Positions 12,152 to 24,100 of a stretch of 64,000 nt of DNA are shown here, in pieces. Source of the stretch: Eledone cirrhosa. Its lineage: Eukaryota. Both the position numbers and the translations under genes were made by a program. The notes below the pieces were generated by a model. That model had not been told where the DNA came from. It made no database searches and saw only the letters and a program-made list of their open reading frames with translations. Every line of letters begins with the position of its first letter. Position 1 is the stretch's first letter. The stretch is taken from the NCBI GenBank assembly GCA_964016885.1, contig OZ024741.1, positions 236,592,001-236,656,000 on the forward strand, written 5' to 3'.

Positions 12152-15100
12152 AGTGATGGAGGTAGTGGCAGCAATGCCAAATTCTCATGCTGTAATAAGT
12201 ATGGAGAGGAGACAGTATGAGTGTGTGAGAGAGAGAGAGAGAGAGAGCACACATGAAAACATGAGAAAGAAGAATTACTTTTATGAAAGCTATTGTTTAT
12301 CCTCAAATTATAGATGAGTAAAATATTCCATTCTGGTGGTCATTTGTTAAATTTATTTGACTTATTTCATTGTGTTGAATATATGTAATTAATTGTTTCT
12401 ACTTTAGGCACAAGGCCAGCAATTATCCAGTACATTACTGGTACTTTATTTTATCGACCCCGTAAGGATGAAAGGCAAAGTTAACCTCGGCAGGATTTGA
12501 ACTCAGATCTTAAAGGGACGTAACTATGCTGGAAAGCATGTCCGACCCTCTGCCGATACTGCCAATTCACCGCCCGTTGAATATATGTAATTAAGTACTG
12601 CCATCATCATTTAATCTCCACTTCCCTGCTAGCAAGGGTTGGATGGGTGTTCACAATTTGAGTTAGTACTGAAGCAGGTCTACTAACCTTCCAGACAGGC
12701 TGGGAGTCCACATCTTGCTTACATACAGTCCCATGCTCTACTGATTGCATTTTATAGCAGCACCAGCACCAGAGAGGTTGTCATGCCTTTGACACAACTG
12801 AAGGGTCTTTCCAAACCTTTGTTTGGCAAGTGCCCTACAGCTGGCTGCCCTTCCTATCACCAACCATTTTACAGCATGTACTGGGTGCGTTTATCATATA
12901 GATCACAAACACTAGAGAAGTTGTCACACAGTTGATGCAACTGAAGGATCCACTTAACCATTTTGGCATACTTTTTACTGTGAGGTACCCTTCTATTGCC
13001 AACCATTGCACAGGGCGTACTTGGTGAAATTTTTATGGCACCAACATGAGAGAGGTTGTTAGTTATTGTCCAAACTGAAGAGCACTCTCTGCTCTGTGGG
13101 GGTTGGGGAGGGAGAAGGAAGATAAATATGAAGTTATGGAGGTATGGTAAGTGTGTGTGATTTGATAGGGTGATGAGTAGAGGTAACATTGAAGTAGGGA
13201 ATGTAGCGATGGTGAGAATACTTAAGCTGTGATAGTGATGGAGGTGTGGGCAGTATGGTCAATAACATGGAGGGAGGGAGGGAGGGACTAACTGGTGTGT
13301 TGGGATTTGGGGGGAGTGTAGTGATGGAGAGAATAGGTAGGGGATAGTAGTGGAGGAGAAATGGGCATGGTGGTGTGCACAGGGGTGGAGTAGATAGCCA
13401 CTAGGATGTGATAATGAGGTTATCTAAGGACTTTAAAGGCATGAATAGCTAAGGAGTGATACTGGAGACGGTATAAATGGGATTGGGTGGGCAGTAATGG
13501 TGAGAATAGCTACTAGAGAGTGCTGGTGGAAAGGCGAAGGTATCTAAGGACTTTAGAGTGAGGTATTAGCTAAGGAGTGATACTAGAGGGGGCATGGATG
13601 ATGTGGGATGGGATTATAATTTGTGTGGGTATATATTTATATATATATAAAACTAATAAATATAACTTTTAAAATATCATATTGCTCTTTAACACTCATA
13701 GTTGTTTTTAATTAAACCATGGAATTTGCAGTCAGCTAGTTTGACATGTCTTTAATAGTCATAAGTTGTAAAGGGAAATAATTGTTTCTACTTTTGGCAC
13801 AAGGCCAGCAATTACCCAGTGTATTACTGGTACTTTATTTTATCGACCCCGTAAGGATGAAAGGCAAAGTTAACCTCTGCGGGATTTGAACTCAGAATGG
13901 CAAGGGCCAAAGCATGTCGTCCGACCCTCTACCGATACTGCCAATCCAAGGGAAATAATATAGCTGATTGAATTATGTTTTGTACATTACATGACTGGCT
14001 GCTATTTATGTTATTGAATATGTTATGCAGTGAATTGGCAGAGTCATTAGAGTGACCAATTAAAAATGCCTTGGTATTTGTTTCAGCAGTTCATCAGTCT
14101 GAGTTCAATTCTCGCCAATGTTAACATTGCCTTTCATCCTTTTGAGGTTGATAAATAAAGTACAAGCCCAGTACTAGGGTCTATTCTTCCTCTATCTCTC
14201 TTTATCTTTCTCTGAAAGAAATTGGCTGTGCTCTCACTTGGAGAAGTATGGGCTTTGTCAGGTTTAAAAGCCTCACCTATCAGGAAGAGTGAAAGACAAA
14301 GTTTCTCATCACACACCAATGAGAAATAACATCAGCTAGGGTGAGCAAATGGAAGAATCTCTATATGGTCATATTAAGACAACATGTAGGAACCGCTACA
14401 TGTTTGCTCAAATTGTTAGAAATAGCGACCCAATCTTCCTCAAATTACACTACTATCTTAGTGAAGGAAAGTTATCATTTGGTAATGCAGTTCGAGATAT
14501 ACTATGTCAGGATAGTCACAGCTGGAATACTATTGATGATAGATCTGTCAAATCAGGGCAGACCTGGGGCTAAATAACATCAAGTAAGACCCCTGTGTTC
14601 TTAAAAATAACACCATCACCAATATTTCTAATTGTATACTGATTTCCTGCTTGTAAACATTGTACAAAACAATGATGTTTGCATTCTAAATTGATTGCAT
14701 ACTGATTTCTTGCTTGTAAACAATGTACAAAACTGTGGTGTTTGGATTCTATCTTGAAAACAAACTTTTAAAGCATTGGGAAGATTATATTGAAAAAAAC
14801 ATTTTTTTTGTTTAGTCAGGGAAGGAAGGGCAGTACACGTGACATTATATTTTTTTGACACAGCCTCAAAGACTAGCGAGAATGAAAGAGGAAGTTATCC
14901 TCAAATCAGAGATCAGTCCTGGTAGCTGGCAACAAAGTGAAATCTCCTAAAAGCCTGGAAGGAACTGCTAGTGATGTTAACTCTTAACATCCTGTAATGA
15001 TTTAACAGAAAAAAATGTTTAAAAGTAAGTTTGTTAATTCAAATGTTAATAGTATCTTTATTAGTTGACAGATTGGACCGAGACCTTTGGTGGTACTCAG

Positions 15101-18100
15101 TAACAGAGAAGACCCGCCTTACCTAAATATATAGTAAAACCTACTCCAGCCAGTAGGCATCTCTAACAAAATACACCCCGTCCCACCACCACCACCCCCA
15201 CCCGATCCACACCACCCCGTTCTATGTAAAGTTATGTTGGTGCCGCGCCATCGAGGCCGAAACAAATGAGATCGTGTAGGTGTCACGACAAAAAAACACA
15301 CAGTCCACGCTGTAATGTGGCCGTGTAGGCAACACGGTAAAAACCTCCCAGACCCACACTGTAAATGTGGTTGGTGTTAGGAAGGGCATCCAACTGTAGA
15401 AAACCTGCCAGACAGTCCTATGCGAGCAAGACAATCACTCTTGCCTCAAGTGGGACTACCCCCGTCCAAACCCATGCAAGCGTGGAACACGGACGTTAAA
15501 CGTTGATGATGATGATGATGATGATGATGATTGCTGTGAACATTTCTGAAAAGATCCACACATATACAGTGGCACTGTTGCAAGCATAGACCAAGACAGA
15601 GAGTATTGTACTCTATCCTGCTTAACTCTACATATAAGCTCAGATAGTGTTGTGTGCTATTTCTTATCAATCCGATTAAAGTAACGGTGATGGTTGTACC
15701 ATCTATCCTTAAAACTGGTCACTGTTGCACCGATGTAATTGTACGTTGCGTCCCTAGTGGTAAACCTAGATGTTAAGTGTTTTTTACCTTAATTTATTTA
15801 TGTCTTGATATTTTGAGATTAAAATCTCTTCTGAGGAAAATAAAAGGGACCAATCCAGTGTCCGATGCAGTGTGCTATACCATGCTACCATGATTTTAAT
15901 CTTGAAATATCAAGACATATAAATAAATTAAGGTAAAAACGCATAACATCTTGTTTCATCTGACTTGTTTGTTTATCAGTCCATTTCGCATTGTCGTGGC
16001 TTTCAAACTTCAATTTCTCTATACCATATACAATGCTTCAAGTAAACTGCAAATTCCTCCTATATATATATATATTATAGAACTGACTTATCTTTCCCAA
16101 TCAAAATGGAATTCAGCATGCTAGTGAATAACTGGCACGAAACTCACCTCCGTTCTACAGCTGCAAACCTAAAAGAAAAATGAGAGAGACTTAGGTCAGT
16201 ACAATGTATATTGAAAGGATGCTATATTTGTATAGTGTGCCCCTGTGCCTGTGTGTGTGTTTGTGATCTTGTACCTGTGTGTGTGTGTGTGTGTGAGAGA
16301 GTTTGTGCCTCTAAGGCTGAGTGTGTGTGCCTCTGTGTGAGCACCAGCACTTATCAACGAAAAACAGTCTTGTATTACACCCCTGACCCGTATATACGAA
16401 CAAATCACAACTAAAGCCACCAAAGTCATTACAAATAGTCAGTCTCACTATTACCTATTCAGCTCGCAGTATGATGGTCATACATACACAACATTTCCCT
16501 CACAAACTGCATTAAAAAAACCTAGCTTTCACTCCACCATTATCATCCTTATCATTTTATATCTGTTTTTCTATGTTCGTATGGGTTGGATGAATCATGA
16601 AAGTCCAAGTCTGTTTTTATAAGGAATTACTGCACTACTACTAGATGGGTTCGGGACCACAGCTCGCTCATGTAGTCCATATTTGGTATGTCTTCTACAA
16701 TTGGATTTCCTTCTTATTGCTAATTCCTTTACAGAGGATACTGGGTGCTTTTTACCATGACACTAGAAGAGTTACATTGTTCCCAGCAAGCCTACCATTA
16801 TTTTTTGTTCATTTAAAACCAGAAAATACTCCAGCCTTTATCAATTGCTGACTCAACTATAAAACTCAAATGCGGCAACCCACATTGAACTACTGCGTAG
16901 TTGCTGTGGTGTTGATGATGCTACTCACTTACACATCATCATTTTATGTCCACTTTTCAATGGGGTGAATAGATTTTTTCCAGCACAGCCTCCCTCTGCT
17001 TGTTGCGTTCCTTTGTCATCTCCTATGTGATCTTCAACAATTTTATATCAGCTCTCCCCATCTCTGCTAGATCTTTCTTTGCAGTGCAGTTTTCTTCTAC
17101 TGAGGTTTCTTGCCCTCCTAGATCATTTCCAAATAAAAGCCATTTGAATGATTGGCAAAGATTCACTCCTCAACCCACATACACTGTTTCTTCTCTGTTG
17201 CTACTAGAATAATCTCTGCACCTCTGAACGAAATCATTGTATTACTCCATCCGCTGGAGTTGTCTCCCCTACTTTGATCATTCTTATTGTGTCTTACTTC
17301 ATCAAACACTTATACTAATCATCATCATCATCGTTTAACATCTATTTTCAATGCTTGCCTGGGTTAAACACCTGATGTGTGTTGAGGCCAAACTGGTCAG
17401 ATGATCAGGTCTTGCTCATATGTTTTGTTTTGATTTGGTTTCTATTGCTGGATGTTCTTTCTAATGCCAACCACTTTACATCAGTTGGATGGGTCCTTTT
17501 TCAGTACAGTATCTCTTCACTCACCGCGTTTCTTCATCATCTCCTCTGAGTCTACCCTGTAAGGTAATAGCACCGGTGCCATGATGAAAAGTACCGAGTC
17601 CACCCTATACAGTGGTAGTTTCAGAGTCATGATCTGGGTCCATTTTATCATGACTCTGAAACTACCACTGTATAGGGTAGACTCGGTACTTTTCATCATG
17701 GCACCGGTGCTATTACCTTACAGGGTAGACTCAGAGGAGATGATGAAGAAACGCGGTGAGTGAAGAGATGCTGTACTGAAAAAGGACCCATCCAACTGAT
17801 GCAAGCATGGAAAAATTGACATAAAAATGACAATGATCATGATGATGATCCATGTTATTGTTATGGAGCACTTACATACATTATGTTTACTATCTCTCCT
17901 TCTCTCAATAATTCATTTGAGAAATCTGTGTACATGAGCAGGATGAAAAAAATTGTAGTGTAGAGGCTGCAAGTTACATCAACATTTAGGTCCAACCACC
18001 TACCAATATGCCTTTGTTTCTAATTTTTGTTCACTCTACCACCTTGGTCTTGCTTCGCTCTATATTTTTGATATCTAAATAATGATACTGCCCAGACATC

Positions 18101-21100
18101 AAGAGGAACATCTTAGCCCGACAGGTATCCACCAGTTTACTGGATCCACTTCTTTCCTCCTCCCACTCTGAGCCACCAGTCAACCCAGCCCTTCGATACC
18201 TTTAACAGAGTTCAGTCTGTTGGAAACATCCAGGTCAGGCCTCTGGAAACATCCAGATCTGAGGAAAACTTCCTCCTTTCCTCATCTATGAAGAATACAA
18301 AATTATAAAATACAGTTATTAGTTTTATTGTTGACTGAGGAAATATATAAAACTGTTAACAAAGACTTACTGAAATTCAAGTTGAGATTTTATCATGTCC
18401 ATTTTCTTTAATGTCTGCAAGCAGAGTTAAAAATACGATTATAATGAAGGAGTCAGCAAAATTTCATTTTTTGATTAAATGACTCATCAAAGGAGGGCTA
18501 ATTTTTCTTTTCAAAGTTACAGATGAACAGTAGGTAAGATAATGTTGATATAATTAATTCATGCAGTCTCAAAAAAGCTATCTAAAAATAAATATGTGGT
18601 GATGAAAAAAACAATGTTAGTCAATTACTATTGTGAATTGGCAGTATTGGTAGAGGGTCGGACTCCAAGCATAGAGTTACGGCCCTGCCATTCTGAGTTC
18701 AAATCCCGCTGAGGTTAACTTTGCCTTTCATCCTTATGGGGGTCGATAAAATAAAGTACCAGTAATACACTAGGATAATTGCTGGCCTTGTGCCAAAATT
18801 AGAAACAATTATTTTTAATGTTCCACTAAGTATGGGAGACTACTCTGGATATGTTTCAGTATTATTCTCACCTTTCCAGTGGAGAATAGTTTTATTGTAT
18901 TTGCTAACATAGTGAATTGCCAAGTAAACATGGGAGATTGCACATAGTTGGCACAAGAAAAATAGAATTATTTAAAAATCATTTAATGATTAATTAAATT
19001 ATCTTCACGTGGAAAATATTTAATTCACAAATGAAGAATAGTTATTATTTTTAGCATGCTAGAAACATATACCTCTGCAATTCTGGTAAGTGCAGTGAAG
19101 TATATAGCAATGTTAGAAAATGGCAGTAGCATGGAAAAAATTATAGACAATCTATGACAGTATTTGACTTTGTCCTTGTATGGTTTGTCATTTACATTTC
19201 ATGGAGGCACATGGCTTAGTGGTTAGAGTATTGGCCTTGCAATCGAAAAGTTGTGAGTTCAATTCTCAGACCGGGTGATGTGTTGTTTCCTTGAGCAAGA
19301 CACTTTATTTCACATTGCTCCAGTTTACTCAGCTGTAGAAATGAGATGATAGGGACTGGGGTCCATATCATTCCACTGCAACGTGGTCGTGGAGGTGCCA
19401 CGGCAAAAAAGCACCCAGCACTCACTGTAAATAAGGTTGGTGTTAGGAAGGCATCCAGCTGTAGAAATCAAGCCAGAATCAGTTCCCGTCCCACCCTTGC
19501 AAGCAGGGAATAGTGGACGTAAAATGAATGAATGAGTGATGAAAGGCAGGAGGCTGAATTAAGTGCAAGAATTGCAGGAGCTGGTGCAGTAATGCACCAG
19601 CTTCAGCAATCAGTAATCAGAAGAAGGGAGGTAGGCATAAAATCCAAACTTGCTATCTTCAATTTGATATCCGTGCCAACCTATGGTCATGAATCTTGGG
19701 TAATGACCGAAAGAATACGTTTGCAAATATAAGTGGCCGAAATGGGGTTCTTCCGAAAAGTCTTTGGAGTAACGTTACTCGATAGAGTGTGTAGCTCGGA
19801 GATCAGAGAGTCACTCCAGGTACTTCTCCAAATTGAGAGATCACAGCTCTGATACTATGGGCATGTGGTTAGAATGTCTCAGGAAAGAATTGCTGGACAG
19901 ATTTTATAGGCAAAATCAACCAGCAGGAAACCCAGTAGTAGACCAAGAGCAAGATGGTTGCATAACAACCATGTGTTTGGCTGGTCTCGCTTGGGGATCC
20001 AGACAGATCAGTTGGAGATGGTTGCTTCTGAGAGGACCCACTAGAAGGAGTGTCTGAGGACTTTGCCCCCACGATCCTCTCAGGGATAAATAGGCGAAGA
20101 AAAAGTAATATGTAATGTATAGACAGGCTAGATCAAAGGAATCATGCAGATCAGTTGACATGAGCTTATAATTTTGAGGACTAGTGACCTCAAGCTCTAA
20201 TTCTTCCATCCTGTTCAGTTACTAATACATTACATTAAGTACACCACATGTATATACTAGTAACCTATAGATAAATTATATGCATATGGCACTGACTAAT
20301 AAAATACTTGATGAGTAGTTTGAAATGAAGCCTATATTTCACATGAGAACTATTACTAGCTTTGACAACCTGCACTTTACATCTAGCCTGAGATTGTTAA
20401 CTAGCTGGACAGGGAAAAAACAGTAAAAACAGTGTACAAGGTGAAAATAAACCTACAACTTACCTCTAATGAACTGTTGATGGTGTTTTCTTGAAAAGCA
20501 AAATTTTTGGCTGCTTGAGCAAGAAGCTGACATAAAAAAGAAAAAGAAAATCAATGTCTGTGTATATGTTTATATATGTACGTGTCATTATCCTTATCCT
20601 CATTTAAAGTTTGTTTTCCATGCTGGCATGGGTTGGAGGGGCTTTTTGAGTCCAGGAGGACAACATTTTGTCATGATTTCTACAGCTGGGTGACATTCTT
20701 AACACCAACCATCTTACAAGGTGTACTTGGTACATTCTATTGCGGCATCATCATTATCATTTTATAGAGTGTTCTGGGTGCATTTTATAGTGACACCAGC
20801 ACTACAACTTTTCAGAGTGTATTAGGTGCCCTTTATAATGGTACTGGAACTTTACAAAATATTCTGGATGCATTTCATCAAGGCACTAGCAGTAACATTT
20901 ACAGGGTATACTGGGTGCATTTCATCATGTCACTGACACTACTATTTTACAGATTATGCCAGGTGCATTTTATTGTGACACCAGCACTACCACTTTACAG
21001 AATGTACTCAGTGCACTTTGTCATGGCACTGGCACTTTACAAAGTATATTGGGTGCATTTTATCATGGCACTAACATTTACAGGGTGTACTGGATGCATT

Positions 21101-24100
21101 TTATTGTAGCACTGATACTACCATTTTACAGAGTATACTAGATGCATTTTATTGCAGCACCAGTATTATCACTTTACAGTGTGTATGGGTACATTTTATC
21201 ATGGTGAAAAGAAACAGTAATATGTTATCATCATTATATTGTCTGAAAGAGGCATAGGAATTATTCTGCTATGTGGGATTTTAAATGAGAAGAATGTGTA
21301 GCAAAGAGATGGCCTACTCTTAAGAAGATGCAAGAGAGGAATGTCTATCCAGGTTGATTAATATCGGCTGGATTAACCATTAAGCAAAATAAGCACATGT
21401 TTAGTGCATCAAGGGAAGAGGGACACCATTTTATTCAAATTAAATGTATCTTTTTATTTCAAAAACATATTTTCAAATCAGACTTTATATATGTTGGGCA
21501 CCATAATTTTTTAAGTGCTTAGGACTTAATTCAGCCTGCCATTAAGAATATAAAGGCAGGGAAAGTAGAAACACCAGAGATAATTTTGTAGTTCAGAGAT
21601 GTGTTATCCCTAATAATTGGGATAACATCATCATCAACTGCTTGAAGGGCAAATAATCCCTAGGAAAAAGAAACTACAGAGGTGTTAAATCATTATATGG
21701 ACCAAGTCATGAAAGTATTGGAAAGAGTCAAAGTACATTAAACTAGGAAGAGAATTAGATTTGGTGGAATGCAGATTGGGTCTGTGCCAGATGGGTCACT
21801 ACAAATGCTCTCTTTTCAATGAAACAAAGCCTAAACAGTTCTTAAATATAGGCAAACCACCATACGTAGCATTTGTCAAACTGGAGAAGGCTTTTGACAA
21901 AGTACTCCACTGTAATTTGATGATTGCAGGGGAAACTCAGTGTAGATGAATGGTTTGCAAGAGTGTACAGGCAATGTAGAGATGTGCTGTCAGCAAAATA
22001 AGAGTTAACAATGAGTTCAGTGTGGCATTTAGCATGCAGATCTTAGTTCTCTCATATTTCTTGTATATTATGATTCTCCAGGTCATAACACAAATGAGTT
22101 CAAGCCCATCTGTTGTGAGAATCTTTGAATGCTGACAATCTAGTTCTCAGCTGAATCAGTTGAAGAGAAATATTCCAAACATAAAAATAAGTGCTGCAGT
22201 TAACAGGCCTAAAAGTTAACCTAGTAATGACAAAGTTTTAGCATGTTTATATTTAATACTTAATGAATGGAGGGCAAAACCATAACAATATTGGGCAAAG
22301 TGCTTTTTCCTTTCATCCTCCTGGTGACGATAAAATAAAGTACCAGTCAAGTACTAGGGTTAATTTAATCAACATTGATCTTTCTTTCAAATTTATTGTC
22401 TAAATTAAAAATCAATATAACTGTAAGGCAAAATTAAAACCACTCAGGCTGTAGATTCATATTTGAAAATGAGGCATTGTGTTATATTTCTAAGTAAAGC
22501 ATTTCATTGAATATGCCTCTCTCAACTTCCTGTTACCAAGTAGGTGTAAATAGATGTCTAACTGAGCCATACCAGTGAATTATATATACCATTTTGATAT
22601 AACTGCTTTATAGCTATCAGATATAACTGAGCTACACCAGTGAAATATATATACATATACCATCTTGTGATAACTACTTTAAAGATATAAAACCTAACTA
22701 AGCCACTCCAATAAAATATATACAACTTCTTGAGATAACTACCTTCTAGCTATCAGACCTAACTGAGTCACTGCTATAGACACCAGTGAATTACATATAC
22801 CATCTTGTGATTGCTACTTTATAGCTGTCAGACCAAACTGAGCCACACCAGTGAATTATATATACCATTTTGAGATAAATACTTTATAGCTAACAAACCT
22901 AGCTGAGTCACACAAATAAATTATATTTATAATCTTGTGGTAATTACTTTACAGCTATCAAACTAAGCTGTTGTGAATGGAATGGTGTAGCCATAGATAT
23001 AAGAGTGCCATGCAATCTTTTTATGGAAAGAAAAACGAGTAAATTAAAAATATGTTAAAAAGACATGCAGAGAATAATTTCAGTTGAAATAAATAATTAT
23101 TTCTTCCTTAGACATAAGGTGAGGGAGAAGTCAATAAAATTGACTCCATTATTTTATTGATACTCTATTTTATTCCCACCCCAGGAGGATGAAAGGCAAA
23201 GCTGACCTCAGAACGTAAAGAGTTGGAAGAAATACCACAAAACATTTATCTGACATTTTAATGATTCTGCCAATTTACTGCCCTAATTGAATTAAAAGAT
23301 TGTTTATGTGAGCAAAGGCCTCAAATTTGAAAGAGGTATATAGTTGATTATATCAACAATAGTACTTGACTGGTATTATTGAACTATCCATATTGTTCTA
23401 ATTCAGAGAACAAAGTTTGAATTTCACTGAATGCACAAATTATTCACTTAGAAAACTAAGGTTGAGAATTAAGGTGATGGCTAGTAAGAAATCTGAAGAA
23501 AGTTAGAGCTTTAGCGAAAATATCTTTAGTGTATTCTATATTGGTAGCAGAGATTATATCCTTAAAGATAGAGATGTAAGGCTGCATGTTTATGTTTAGT
23601 CCTGGTGGAAAGATCAGATCAGAAGGCATAGTTAAACATAATAAAGATTTATTTTTGCTTGACATGAACACATGTACAAAGGGTGTGAAGTGGTATAGAG
23701 ATTTTGTGTAACAAAGCTGACATGTAATGGCAAATCTCTTAAAGGCAAGTACTTTAGAACCAAGTTGGCAGTTACGGTAAATCTCTTAAAAGCTGTATAA
23801 TGAAACTACTCTCATTGTAAAAGAGAGCAAAGTCACAGGAGTAGGGAAGCCATTACAAGCTGCTGGTGTCAACGAAATGCCAAGCGCAACTGCTAGGTAG
23901 TTTTGAAAGATGGTGAATCGACCAGGGAAGCCATTTGTGAGCTGCTGGCATCGACGAAATGCAAAGAGCAACTGCTAGGTAGTTTTGAAAGATGGTGAAT
24001 CGACTGGGGAAGCCATTTGTGAGCTGCTGGCATCGACGAAATGCAAAGAGCAACTGCTAGGTAGTTTTGAAAGATGTCGACAAAATGCAAAGAGCAACTG

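Noticed and set aside
17517-17763. Twin 60-aa ORFs on opposite strands
   Set aside because: A consequence of the palindrome, not a gene pair
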